This document shows, in pieces, positions 44,201-59,100 of a stretch of 64,000 nucleotides of DNA. The notes beneath the pieces were generated by a model that worked only from the letters and a program-made list of their open reading frames with translations, ran no database searches and had not been told where the DNA came from. Within the stretch, counting starts at the first letter, position 1. Every line of letters begins with the position of its first letter. Source of the DNA: the human T2T-CHM13v2.0 reference genome, Homo sapiens; the NCBI RefSeq assembly GCF_009914755.1, contig NC_060933.1; one strand, written 5' to 3'. Position numbers and translations under genes: made by a program.

Positions 44201-47200
44201 CATTCCATTCCGTTCCGTTCCATTCCATTCCATTCCATTGTATTCGGGTTAATTGCATTCCATTCCATTCGATTGCAATCGAGTTGATTCCATTCCATTC
44301 CATTCCATTCCATTACATTCCATTCCATTCCTTTCCATTCCATTACGGATGATTCCATTCCATTGCATTCCATTCCATTCCATTCCCCTGTACTCGGGTT
44401 GATTCCATTCCATTCCATTCCAATCCATGCCATTCCACTCGTGTTGAATCCATTCTGTCCATTCCATTCAAGTTGATTCCATTCCATTGCATTCCATTCC
44501 ATTCGATTCCATTCGATTGCACTCGGGTTGATTCCATTCCATTGCATTCCATTCCATTCCATTCCATTCCATTCCATTCCATTCCATTCCGTTCCATTCC
44601 ATTCCATTACATTCGGATTGATTCTATTCAATTCCCTTACACTCCATTACATTACATTCCATTCGGGTAGTTTCCATTCCATTCCATTCCATTCCTCTCC
44701 ATTACATTGCACTCGGGTTGATTCCCTTCCATTGCATTCCATTCCATTCCATTCCATTCTATTCCGTTCCATTCCATTCCATTACATTCGGATTGATTCT
44801 ATTCAACTCCCTTACTCTCCATTACATTCCATTCCATTCGGGTTGTTCCATTCCATTCCATTCCATTCCACTCCATTCCATTGGACTCGGGTTGATTCCA
44901 TTCCATTCCATTCCGGAAGATTCCATTCCATTGCATTCCATTCGATTCCATTCCCCTGCACTCGCGTTGATTCTATTCTATTCCATTCTATTCCATTCCA
45001 TTCACTTCCTTTCCGTTCCATTCCATTCCATTCCATTCCATTCCATTCCGTTCCGTTCCGTTCCATTCCATTCCATTCCATTCCATTCTATTCGGGTTAA
45101 TTCCATTCCATTCCATTCGATTGCAATCGAGTTGATTCCATTCCATTCCATTCCATTCCATTCCATTCCATTCCATTCCATTCCTTTCCATTCCTTTACG
45201 GATGATTCCATTCCATTGCATTCCATTCCATTCCATTCCCCTGTACTCGGGTTGATTCCATTCCATTCCATTCCAATCCATGCCCTTCCACTCGTGTTGA
45301 TTCCATTATTTCCATTCCATTCTAGTTGAATCCATTCCATTGCATTCCATTCCATTCGATTCCATTCGATTGCACTCGGGTTGATTCCATTCCATTGCAT
45401 TCCATTCCATTCCATTCCATTCCATTCCGTTCCATTCCATTCCATTACATTCGGATTGATTCTATTCAACTCCCTTACTCTCCATTACATTCGATTCCAT
45501 TCGGGTTGTTCCATTCCATTCCATTCCATTCCACTCCATTCCATTGCAGTCGGGTTGATTCCATTACATTCCATTCCATTCCGGAAGATTCCATTTCATT
45601 GCATTCCATTACATTCCATTCCCCTGCACTCGCGTTGATTCCATTCCTTTCCATTCCATTCCATTCCATTCCATTCCATTCCGTTCCGTTCCATTCCATT
45701 CCATTCCATTCCATTCCATTCCGTTCGTTCCATTCCATTCCATTCCATTATATTCGGGTTAATTCCATTCCATTCCATTCGATTGCAATCTTGTTGATTC
45801 CATTCCATTCCATTCCATTCAATTCCATTCCGTTCCATTCCATTCCATTATATTCGGATTGATTCTACTCAACTCCCTTACTCTCCATTATATTCCATTC
45901 CATTCGGGTTGTTCCATTCCATTCCATTCCATTCCACTCCATTCCATTGCACTCGGGTTTGTTCCATTCCATTCCATTCCATTCCATTCCATTCCATTCC
46001 ATTCCGGAAGATTCCATTCCATTGCATTCCATTCCATTCCATTCCCCTGCATTCGCGTTGATTCCATTCCATTCCATTCCATTCCATTCCATTCCATTCC
46101 ATTCCTTTCCGTTCCATTCCATTCCATTCCATTCCATTCCATTCCATTCCGTTCCGTTCCGTTCCGTTCCATTCCATTCAATTCCATTCTATTCGGGTTA
46201 ATTCTATTCCATTCCATTCGATTGCAATCGAGTTGATTCCATTCCATTCCGTTCCATTCCATTCCATTCCATTCCATTCCTTTCCATTCCATTACGGATG
46301 ATTCCATTCCATTGCATTACATTCCATTCCATTCCCCTGTACTCGGGTTGATTCCATTCCATTCCATTCCATTCCATTCCACTCCGGATGATTCCATTCC
46401 ATTGCATTCCGTTCCATTACATTCCCCTGCACTCGCGTTGATTCCATTCCATTCCATTCCATTCCATTCAATTCCATTCCATTACAATTTTTTCCATTCC
46501 ATTCTATTCCGTACCATTCCATTCCATTGCATACCATTCCATTCCATTCCATTCCATTCCGTTCCATTCCGTTCCATTCCATTCCATTCCATTCTATTCG
46601 GATTAATTCCATTCCATTCCATTCCATTCCATTCTATTCCATTCCATTGCAATCGAGTTGAATCCATTGCATTTCATTCCATTCCATTCCATTCCATTCC
46701 GGAAGATTCCATTCCATTGCATTCCATTCCATTCCATTCCCCTGCGTTCGCGTTGATTCCATTCCATTCCATTCCATTCCATTCCATTCCATTCCGTTCC
46801 GTTCCATTCCATTCCATTCCATTCCATTCCGTTCCGTTCCATTCCATTCCATTCCATTCTATTCTGGTTAATTACATTCCATTCCATTCGATTGCAATCG
46901 AGTTGATTCCATTCCATTCCATTCCATTCCATTCCATTCCATTACATTCCTTTCCATTCCATTATGGATGATTCCATTCCATTGCATTCCATTCCATTCC
47001 ATTCCCCTGTACTCGGGTTGATTCCATTCCATTCCATTCCAATCCATGCCATTCCACTCGTGTTGATTCCATTCTTTCCATTCCATTCAAGTTGATTGCA
47101 TTCCATTGCATTCCATTCCATTCGATTCCATTCGATTGCACTCGGGTTGATTCCATTCCATTGCATTCCATTCCATTCCATTCGATTCCATTCCATTCCA

Positions 47201-49000
47201 TTCCGTTCCATTCCATTCCATTACATTCGAATTGATTCTATTCAATTCCCTTACACTCCATTACATTACATTCCATTCGGGTAGTTTCCATTCCATTCCA
47301 TTCCATTCCTCTCCATTCCATTGCACTCGGGTTGATTCCATTCCATTGCATTCCATTCCATTCCATTCAATTCTATTCCGTTCCATTCCATTCCATTACA
47401 TTCGGATTGATTCTATTCAACTCCCTTACTCTCCATTACATTCCATTCCATTCGGGTTGTTCTATTCCATTCCATTCCATTCCACTCCATTCCATTTGAC
47501 TCGGGTTGATTCCATTCCATTCCATTCCATTCCATTCCATTCCATTCCGGAAGATTCCATTCCATTGCATTCCATTCCATTGCATTCCCCTGCACTCGCG
47601 TTGATTCTATTCTATTCCATTCTATTCCATTCCATTCCCTTCCTTTCCGTTCCATTCCATTCCATTCCATTCCATTCCATTCCGTTCCGTTCCGTTCCGT
47701 TCCGTTCCGTTCCATTCCTTTCCATTCCATTCTATTCGGGTTAATTCCATTCCATTCCATTCGATTGCAATCGAGTGGATTCCATTCCATTCCATTCCAT
47801 TCCATTCCTTTCCATTCCATTACGGATGATTCCATTCCATTGCATTCCATTCCATTCCATTCCCCTGTACTCGGGTTGATTCCATTCCATTCCATTCCAA
47901 TCCATGCCCTTCCACTCGTGTTGATTCCATTATTTCCATTCCATTCTAGTTGAATCCATTCCATTGCATTCCATTCCATTAGATTCCATTCGATTGCACT
48001 CGGGTTGATTCCATTCCGTTGCATTCCATTCCATTCCATTCCATTCCATTCCATTCCATTCCATTCCGTTCCATTCCATTCCATTACTTTCGGATTGATT
48101 CTATTCAACTCCCTTACTCTCCATTACATTCGATTCCATTCGGGTTGTTCCATTCCATTCCATTCCATTCCACTCCATTCCATTGCACTCGGGTTGATTC
48201 CATTACATTCCATTCCATTCCGGAAGATTCCATTCCATTACATTCCATTACATTCCATTCCCCTGTACTCGCGTTGATTCCATTCCTTTCCATTCCATTC
48301 CATTCCATTCCATTCCATTCCATTCCGTTCCGTTCCATTCCATTCCATTCCATTCCATTCCATTCCGTTCCGTTCCATTCCATTCCATTCCATTCTATTC
48401 GGGTTAATTCCATTCAATTCCATTCGATTGCAATCGTGTTGATTCCATTCCATTCCATTCCATTCCATTCAATTCCATTCCGTTCCATTCCATTCCATTA
48501 TATTCGGATTGATTCTACTCAACTCCTTTACTCTCCATTATATTCCATTCCATTCGGGTTGTTCCATTCCATTCCATTCCATTCCACTCCATTCTATTGC
48601 ACTCGGGTTTGTTCCATTCCATTCCATTCCATTCCATTCCATTCCGGAAGATTCCATTCCATTGCATTCCATTCCTTTCCATTCCCCTGCACTCGCGTTG
48701 ATTCCACTCCATTCCATTCCTTTCCATTCCATTCCATTCCATTCCTTTCCGTTCCATTCCATTCCATTCCATTCCATTCCATTCCATTCCGTTCTATTCC
48801 GTTCCGTTCCGTTCCATTCCATTCCATTCCATTCTATTCGGGTTAATTCCATTCCATTCCATTCGATTGCAATCGAGTTGAATCCATTCCATTCCATTCC
48901 ATTCCATTCCATTCCTTTCCATTCCATTACGGATGATTCCATTCCATTGCATTACATTCCATTCCATTCCCCTGTACTCGGGTTGATTCCATTCCATTCC
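41230..49000 (+). repeat. Three tandem copies of a ~2.6-kb higher-order unit within HSat3
   Basis: Diagnostic variants recur three times: TTCTAGTTGAATCC at 42721/45320/47944; CTACTCAACT at 43251/45865/48515; TTGCATACC at 41379/43903/46527; CACTCGGGTTTGTTCC at ~43336/45950/48600. Confidence 0.88.
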
Positions 49001-52000
49001 ATTCCATTCCATTCTATTCCATTCCATTCCATTCCATTCCGGAAGATTCCATTCCATTGCATTCCATTCCATTCCATTCCCCTGCACTCGCGTTGATTCC
49101 ATTCCATTCCATTCCATTCAATTCCATTCCATTCCATTGCATTCCGATCCGTTCCGTTCCATTCCATTCCATTCCATTCCATTCCGTTCCATTCCATTCC
49201 ATTCCATTCCATTCCATTCTATTCGGGTTAATTCCATTCCATTCCATTCAATTGCAATCGAGTTGATTCCATTCCATTCCATTCCATTCCATTCCATTCC
49301 ATTCCTTTCCATTACATTACGGATGATTCCATTCCATTTCATTCCATTCCATTCCATTCCCCTGTACTCGGGTTGATTCCATTCCATTCCATTCCAATCC
49401 ATGCCATTCCACTCGTGTTGATTCCATTCTTTCCATTCCATTCAAGTTGAATCCATTCCATTGCATTCCATTCCATTCGATTCCATTCGATTGCACTCGG
49501 GTTGATTCCATGGCATTCCATTCCATTCCATTCCATTCCATTCCATTCCATTCCATTCCTTTCCATTCCATTCCATTCCATTCCATTCCATTCGGATTCA
49601 TTCTATTCAATTCCCTTACACTCCATTCCATTCCATTCCATTCGTGTAGTTTCCATTCCATTCCATTCCATTCCTCTCCATTCCATTGCACTCGGGTTGA
49701 TTCCATTCCATTCCATTCCATTTCATTCCATTCCATTCCATTCCGGATGATTCCATTCCATTGAATTCCATTCCATTCCGTTCCCCTGCACTTGGGTTGA
49801 TTCCATTCCATTCCATTCCATTCCTTTCTGTTCCATTCCATTCCATTCCATTCCATTCTATTCGTGTTAATTCCGTTCCATTCTATTCCATTCCATTCCA
49901 TTGAAATCGTGTTGATTCCATTCCATTCCATTCCATTCCATTCCATTCCATTCCATTCCATTCCGGATGATTCCATTCCATTGCATTCCATTCCATTCCA
50001 TTCCCCTGCGCTCGGGTTGATTCCATTACATTCCATTCCATTACATTCCATTCCATTCCGTTCCATTTCATTCTATTCGTGTTAATTCCATTCCATTCCA
50101 TTCCACTCCATTCCAGTCCTTTCCATTCCATTCCACTCGGGTTGATTCCATTCTATTCCTTTTAATTCCATTCCATTCCATTGCAATCGAGTGGATTCCA
50201 TTCGAGTTGAATCCATTCCATTCCATTCCATTCCATTCCATTGTATTCGGGTTAATTCCATTCCATTCCATTCCATTCCATTCCATTACAATCGAGTTGT
50301 TTCCATTCCATTGCATTCCATTCCATTCCATTCCAGTCCTTTCCATTCCATTCCACTCGGGTTGATTCCATTCTATTAGTTTCCATTCCATTCCATTCCC
50401 TTCCATTGCACTCTGGTTGATTCCATTCCTTTCCATTCCACTCGAATACATTCCCTCCTATTCCACTCGGAACTATTCCATTCCATTCCATTCCATTCCA
50501 TTCCATTCCATTCCATTCCATTCCACTTCGTTCCATTCCATTCTATTCCGTACCATTCCATTCCATTCCTTTCCTTTCCATTCCATTCCTTTCCACTCGT
50601 GTTGATTCCATTCCTTAACATTCCATTCGGTTTGAAGGCATTCCATCCCATTCAATTCCATTCCATTCCATTCAATTCCATTCCATTCTATTCCATTCCA
50701 TTGCAATCGAGTTGAATCCATTGCCTTTCATTCCATTCCATTCCATTCAATTGCATTCCGGAAGATTCCATTCAATTACATTCCATTCCATTCCATTCCC
50801 CTGCACTCGCGTTGATTCCATTCCATTCCATTCCATTCCATTCCGTTCCGTTCCATTCCATTCCATTCCATTCCATTCCGTTCCGTTCCATTCCATTCCA
50901 TTCCATTCTATTCGGGTTAATTCCATTCCATTCCATTCGATTGCCATCGAGTTGATTCCATTCCATTCCATTCCATTCCATTCCATTCCATTCCTTTCCA
51001 TTCCATTACGGCTGACTCCATTCCATTGCTTTCCATTCCATTCCATTCCCCTGTACTCGGGTTGATTCCATTCCATTCCATTCCACTCCATTCGGTTCCG
51101 TAGCATTCCATTCTATTGCATTCCATTCTATTCGGGTTAATTCCATTCCATTCTATTCCATTCCATTCTATTCCATTCCATTGCAATGGAGTTTATTCCA
51201 TTCCATTCCATTCCATTCCGGATGATTCCATTCCATTGCATTCCATTCCATTCCATTCCCCTGCACTCGTGTTGATTCCATTCCCTTCCATTCCATTCCA
51301 TTCCGTTCCATTCCATTCAATTCCATTCTATTCCGGTTAATTCCATTCCATTCCATTCCATTCCATTCCATTCCATTCCATTGCAATCGAGTTGATTCCA
51401 TTCCATTCCTTTCCAATCCATTCCATTGCCTTCCATTCCACTCGGGTTGATTCCATTCCCTTCTTTCCACTCCATTACATTCCCTTCCATTCCACTCGGA
51501 ATGATTGATTCCATTCCATTCCATTCCATTTCATTCCATTGCAATCCATTCCAATCCATTCCATTCCATTCCATTCCTCTCGAGTTGACTTCATTCCATT
51601 CCTTTCCATTCCATTCCATTCCTTTCCACTCGAGTTGATTCCATTCCATTCCAATCCATTGCAATCCATTCCATGCCATTCCACTCGGGTTGATTCCATT
51701 CCTTTGCATTCCATTCCATTCCATTCCATTGCATTCCATTCCATTCCATTCCGTTGCATTCCATTCCATTACATTCGGATTGATTCTATTCAACTCCCTT
51801 ACTCCCCATTACATTCCATTCCGTTCGGGTTGTTCCATTCCATTCCATTCCATTCCACTCCATTCCATTGCACTCGGGTTGATTCCATTCCATTCCATTC
51901 CATTCCATTCCATTCCATTCCGGATGATTCCATTCCATTACATTGCGTTCCATTACATTCCCCTGCACTCGGGTTGATACCATTCCATTCCATTCCATTC

Positions 52001-55000
52001 CATTCCATTCCATTCCATTCCGGATGATTCCATTCCATTGCATTCCATTCCATTCCATTCCCCTGCACTCGGGTTGATTACATTCCATTTCCTTCCATTC
52101 CATTCCTTTCCATTCCATTCCATTCCATTCTATTCGGGTGAATTCCATTCCATTCCATTCCATTCCATTGCATTCCATTCCATTCCATTCCATTCCATTG
52201 CAATCGAATTGATTCCATTCCATTCCATTCCATTCCGTTCCGGATGATTCCATTCCATTCCATTCCATTCCATTCCATTCCATTCCATTCCATTCCATTC
52301 CCCTGCAGTCGGGTTGATTCCATTCCATTCCATTCCATTCCATTCCATTCCAATCGAGTTGATTCCATTCCATTCCATTCCAGTCCATTCCACTCCATTG
52401 CAGTCCTTTCCATTCCATTACACTCGGGTTGATTCCATTCTATTCCTTTCCATTCCATTCCATTCCATTGCAATCGAGTTGATTCCATTGCTTTGCATTC
52501 CATTCCATTCCATTCCATTCCGGATGATTCCATTCCATTGCATTCCATTCCATTCCATTCCCCTGCACTCGGGTTGATTCCATTCCATTCCACTCCATTC
52601 CGTTCCATTCCATTCCATTCCATTTTATTCGGGTTAATTCCATTCCATTCCATTCCATTCCATTCCATTCCATTCCATTACAATCGAGTTGATTCCATTC
52701 CATTCCATTCCATTCCATTCCATTCCATTCCAGTCCTTTCCATTCCATTCCACTCGGGTTGATTCCATTCTATTAGTTTCCATTCCATTCCATTCCCTTC
52801 CATTCCACTCTGGTTGATTCCATTCCTTTCTATTCCACTCGAATACATTCCCTCCTATTCCACTCGGAATGATTCCATTTCATTCCATTCCATTCCATTC
52901 CATTCCATTCCAGTTCGTTCCATTCCATTCTATTCTGTACCATTCCATTCCATTCCATTCCTTTCCATTCCATTCTTTTCCACTCGTGTTGATTCCATTC
53001 CTTTCCATTCCATTCGGTTTGAAGGCATTCCATTCCATTCAATTCCATTCCATTCCATTCCATTCCATTCCATTCCATTCCATTCCATTCTATTCCATTC
53101 CATTCCATTCCATTCCCCTGCACTCGCGTTGATTCCATTCCATTCCATTCCATTCCATTCCGTTCCGTTCCATTCCGTTCCATTCCATTCCATTCCATTC
53201 CGTTCCGTTCCATTCCATTCCATTCCATTCTATTCGGGTTAATTCCATTCCATTCCATTCCATTGCCATCGAGTTGATTCCATTCCATTCCATTCCATTC
53301 CATTCCATTCCATTCCATTCCATTCCTTTCCATTCCATTACGGATGACTCCATTCCATTGCATTCCATTCCATTCCATTCCCCTGTACTCGGGTTGATTC
53401 CATTCCATTCCATTCCACTCCATTCGGTTCCGTTGCATTCCATTCTATTGCATTCCATTCTATTCGGGTTAATTCCATACCATTCTATTCCATTCCATTC
53501 CATTCCATTCCATTGCAATGGAGTTGATTCCATTCCATTCTATTCCATTCCGGATGATTCCATTCCATTACATTCCATTCCATTCCATTCCCCTGCACTC
53601 GTGTTGAATCCATTCCATTCCATTCCATTCCATTCCGTTCCATTCCATTCCATTCCATTCTATTCCGGTTAATTCCATTCCATTCCATTCCATTCCATTC
53701 CATTCCATTCCATTCCATTCCATTCCATTGCAATCGAGTTGTTTCCATTCCATTCCTTTCCATTCCATTCCATTGCCTTGCATTCCACTCGGGTTGATTC
53801 CATTCCCTTCTTTCCACTCCATTACATTCCCTTCCATTCCACTCGCAATGATTGATTCCATTCCATTCCATTCCATTTCATTCCATTGCAATCCATTCCA
53901 ATCCATTCCGTTCCATTCCATTCCACTCGAGTTGACTTCATTCCATTCCTTTCCATTCCATTCCGTTCCTTTCCACTCGAGTTGATTCCATTCCACTCCA
54001 ATCCATTGCATTCCATTCCATGCCATTCCACTCGGGTTGATTCCATTCCTTTGCATTCCATTCCATTCCATTCCATTGCATTCCATTCCATTCCATTCGC
54101 CTGCACTCGTTTTGAATCCGTTCCATTCCATTCCATTCCATTCCGTTCCATTCCATTCCATTCCATTCTATTCCGGTTAATTCCATTCCATTCAATTCCA
54201 TTCCGTTCCATTCCATTCCATTACATTCGGATTGATTCTATTCAACTCCCTTACTCTCCATTACATTCCATTCCATTCGGGTTGTTCCATTCCATTCCAT
54301 TCCATTCCACTCCATTCCATTGCTCTCTGGTTGATTCCATTCCATTCCATTCCATTAAATTCCATTCCATTCCATTCCATTCCATTCCGGATGATTCCAT
54401 TCCATTGCATTCCGTTCCATTACATTCCCCTGCACTCGCGTTGATTCCATTCCATTCCATTCCATTCCATTCCATTGCAATCGAGTTGATTCCATTGCTT
54501 TGCATTCCATTCCATTCCATTCCATTCCGAATGATTCCATTCCATTGCATTCCATTCCACTGCACTCGGGTTGATTCCATTCCATTCCACTCCATTCCGT
54601 TCCATTCCATTCCATTCCATTGTATTCGGGTTAATTCCATTCCATTCCATTCCATTCCATTCCATTCCATTCCATTCCATTACATTCCATTCCATCACAA
54701 TCGAGTTGGTTCCATTCCATTCAATTCCATTCCATTCCATTCCATTCCGGATGATTCCATTCCATTACATTCCGTTCCATTACATTCCCCTGCACTCGGG
54801 TTGATTCCATTCCATTCCATTCCATTCCATTCCATTCCATTCCATTCCAATTCTTTCCATTCCATTCTATTCCGTACCATTCCATTCCATTCCATACCAT
54901 TCCATTCCATTCCATTCCATTCCATTCCGTTCCGTTCCGTTCCGTTCCATTCCATTCCATTCCATTATATTCAGGTTAATTCCATTCCATTCCATTCCAC

Positions 55001-55149
55001 TCCATTCTATTCCATTCCATTGCAATCGAGTTGAATCCACTGCCTTTCATTCCATTCCATTCCATTCCGGAAGATTCCATTCCATTGCATTCCACTCCAT
55101 TCCATTCGCCTGCACTCGTGTTGATTCCATTCCATTCCATTCCATTCCG

Positions 55150-56140
55150 TTCCGTTCCATTCCATTCCATTCCATTCCGTTCCATTCCATTCCATTCCAT
55201 TCCATTCTATTCGGGTTAATTCGATTCCATTCCATTCGATTGCCATCGAGTTGATTCCATTCCATTCCATTCCATTCCAGTCCATTCCATTCCATTCCAT
55301 TCCTTTCCATTCCATTACGGATGACTCCATCCCATTACATTCCATTCCATTCCATTCCCGTGTACTCGGGTTGATTCCATTCCGTTCCATTCCACTCCAT
55401 TCGGTTCCGTTGCATTCCATTCTATTGCATTCCATTCTATTCGGGTCAATTCCATTCCATTCTATTCCATTCCATTCCATTCCATTCCATTGCAATGCAG
55501 TTGATTCCATTCCATTCCATTCCATTCCGAATGATTCCATTCCATTGCATTCCATTCCATTCCATTCCCCTGCACTCGTGTTGATTCCATTCCCTTCCAT
55601 TCCATTCCATTCCATTCCATTCCATTCCATTCCATTCTATTCCGGTTAATTCCATTCCATTCCATTCCGTTCCGTTCCATTCCATTCCATTCCATTCTAT
55701 TCGGGTTAATTCCATTCCATTCCATTCGATTGCCATCGAGTTGATTCCATTCCATTCCATTCCATTCCATTTCATTCCATTCCATTCCTTTCCATTCCAT
55801 TACGGATGACTCCATTCCATTGCATTCCATTCCATTCCATTCCCCTGTACTCGGGTTGATTCCATTCCATTCCAATCCACTCCATTCGGTTCCGTTGCAT
55901 TCCATTCTATTGCATTCCATTCTATTTGGTTTAATTCCATTCCATTCTATTCCATTCCATTCCATTCCATTCCATTGCAATGGAGTTGATTCCATTCCAT
56001 TCCATTCCATTCCGGATGATTCCATTCCATTGCATTCCATTCCATTCCATTCCCCTGCACTCGTGTTGATTCCATTCCCTTCCATTCCATTCCATTCCGT
56101 TCCATTCCATTCCATTCCATTCTATTCCGGTTAATTCCAT
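55150..56140 (+). repeat. ~485-bp tandem duplication
   Basis: TTGCCATCGAG 55240/55730; GATGACTCC 55320/55805; TCGGTTCCGTTGC 55401/55886. Confidence 0.8.
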
Positions 56141-59100
56141 TCCATTCCATTCCATTCCATTCCATTCCATTGCAATCGAGTTGACTCCATTCCATTCCTT
56201 TCCATTCCATTCCATTGCCTTGCATTCCACTCGGGTTGATTCCATTCCCTTTTTTCCACTCCATTACATTCCCTTCCATGATTGATTCCATTCCATTCTA
56301 TTCCATTTCATTCCATTGCAATCCATTCCAATCCATTCCATTCCATTCCATTCCACTCGAGTTGACTTCATTCCATTCCTTTCCATTCCATTCCATTCCT
56401 TTCCACCCGAGTTGATTCCATTCCATTCCAATCCATTGCATTCCATTCCACGCCATTCCACTCGGGTTGATTCCATTCCTTTGCATTCCATTCCATTCCA
56501 TTCCATTCCATTCCATTCCGTTGTATTCCATTCCATTACATTCAGATTGATTCTATTCAACTCCCTTACTCTCCATTACATTCCATTCCATTCGGGTTGT
56601 TCCATTCCATTCCATTCCATTCCATTCCACTCCATTCCATTGCACTCGGATTGATTCCATTCCATTCCATTCCATTCCATTCCGGATGATTCCATTCCAT
56701 TGCATTCCGTTCCATTACATTCCACTGCACTCGCGTTGATTCCATTCCATTCCATTCCATTCCATTCAATTCCATTCCATTACAATTCGTTCCATTCCAT
56801 TCTATTCCGTTCCATTCCATTCCATTCCATAACATTCCATTCCATACCATTCCATTCCATTCCATTCCATTCCGTTCCATTCCGTTCCATTCCGTTCCAT
56901 TCCGTTCCATTCCATTCTCTTCGGGTTAATCCCATTCCATTCCATTCCATTCCATTCTATTCCATTCCATTGCAGTCGAGTTGAATCCATTGCATTTCAT
57001 TCCATTCCATTCCATTCCATTCCATTCCATTCCATTCCGGAAGATTCCATTCAATTGCATTCCATTCCATGCCATACCCCTGCACTCGCGTTGATTCCAT
57101 TCCATTCCATTCCATTCCATTCCATTCCGTTCCGTTCCGTTCCGTTCCATTCGATTCCATTCCATTCCATTCCATTCCGTTCCGTTCCATTGTATTCCAT
57201 TCCATTCTATTCGGGTTAATTCCATTCCATTCCATTCGATTGCAATCGTGTTGATTCCATTCCATTCCATTCCATTCCATTCCATTCCATTCCTTTCCAT
57301 TCCATTACGGATGATTCCATTCCATTGCATTCCATTCCATTCCATTCCCCTGTACTCGAGTTGATTCCATTCCATTGCATTCCAATCCATGCCCTTCCAC
57401 TCGTGTTGATTCCATTCTTTCCATTCCATTCAAGTTGAATCCATTCCACTGCTTTCCATTCCATTCGATTCCATTCGATTGCACTCGGGTTGATTCCATT
57501 CCATTGCATTCCATTCCATTCCATTCCATTCTATTCCATTCCGTTCCATTCCATTCCATTACATTCGGATTGATTCTATTCAATTCCCTTACACTCCATT
57601 ACATTCCATTCCATTCGGGTAGTATCCATTCCATTCCATTCCATTCCTCTCCATTCCATTGCACTCGGGTTGATTCCATTCCATTTCATTCCATTCCATT
57701 CCATTCAATTCCATTCCGTTCCATTCCATTCCATTACATTCGGATTGACTCTATTCAACTCCCTTACTCTCCATTACATTCCATTCCATTCGGGTTGTTC
57801 CATTCCAATCCATTCCATTCCACTCCATTCCATTGCACTCGGGTTTATTCCATACCATTCCATTCCATTCCATTCTATTCCATTCCATTCCGGAAGATTC
57901 CATTCCATTGCATTCCATTCCATTCCATTCCCCTGCACTCGCGTAGATTCCATTCCATTCCATTCCATTCTATTCCATTCCATTCCATTCCATTCCATTC
58001 CGTTCCGTTCCGTTCCGTTCTGATCCATTCCATTCCATTCCATTCTATTCGGGTTAATTCCATTCCATTCCATTCGATTGCAATCGAGTTGATTCCATTC
58101 CATTCCATTCCATTCCATTCCATTCCATTCCATTCCATTCCTTTCCATTCCATTATGGATGATTGCATTCCATTGCATTCCATTCCATTCCATTCCCCTG
58201 TACTCGGGTTGATTCCATTCCATTCCATTCCAATCCATGCCATTCCACTCGTGTTGATTCCATTCTTTCCATTCCATTCAAGTTGAATCCATTCCATTGC
58301 ATTCCATTCCATTCCATTCCCTTGCATTCGGGTTGATTCCATTCTATTCCCTTCCATTCCATTCCATTCCATTCCATTCTATTCGGATTAATTCCATTCC
58401 ATTCCATTCCATCCCATTCCATTCCATTCGGTTCCATTCCGTTCCATTCCATTCCATTCCATTCTGTTCGGGTTAATTCCATTCCATTCAATTCCTTTCC
58501 ATTCCATTACGGATGATTCCATACCATTGCATTCCATTCCATTCCATTCCCCTGTACTCGGGTTGATTCCATTCCATTCCATTCCAATCCATGCCATTCC
58601 ACTCGTGTTGATTCCATTCTTTCCATTCCATTCAAGTTGAATGCATTCCATTGCATTCCATTCCATTCCATTCCCCTGCAGTCGGGTTGATTCCATTCCA
58701 TTCCATTCCATTCCATTCCATTCCGTTCCATTCCATTCCATTCCATTCTATTCGGGTTAATTCCATTCCACTCCATTCCATTCCAATCGAGTTGATTCCA
58801 TTCCATTCCATTCCATTCCATTCCACTCCATTCCAGTCCTTTCCATTCCATTCCACTCGGGTTGATTCCAATGTATTCCTTTCCATTCCATTCCATTCCA
58901 TTGCAATCGAGTTGATTCCATTGCTTTGCATTCCATTCCATTCCATTCCATTCCGGATGATTCCATTCCATTGCATTCCATTCCATTCCATTCCCCTGCA
59001 CTCGGGTTGATTCCATTCCATTCCACTCCATTCCGTTCCGTTCCATTCCATTCCATTGTATTCGCGTTAATTCCATTCCATTCCATTCCATTCCATTCCA

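Noticed and set aside
53886-55034. 382-aa plus-strand ORF
   Set aside because: Low-complexity translation of satellite with a non-ATG start and no gene context.
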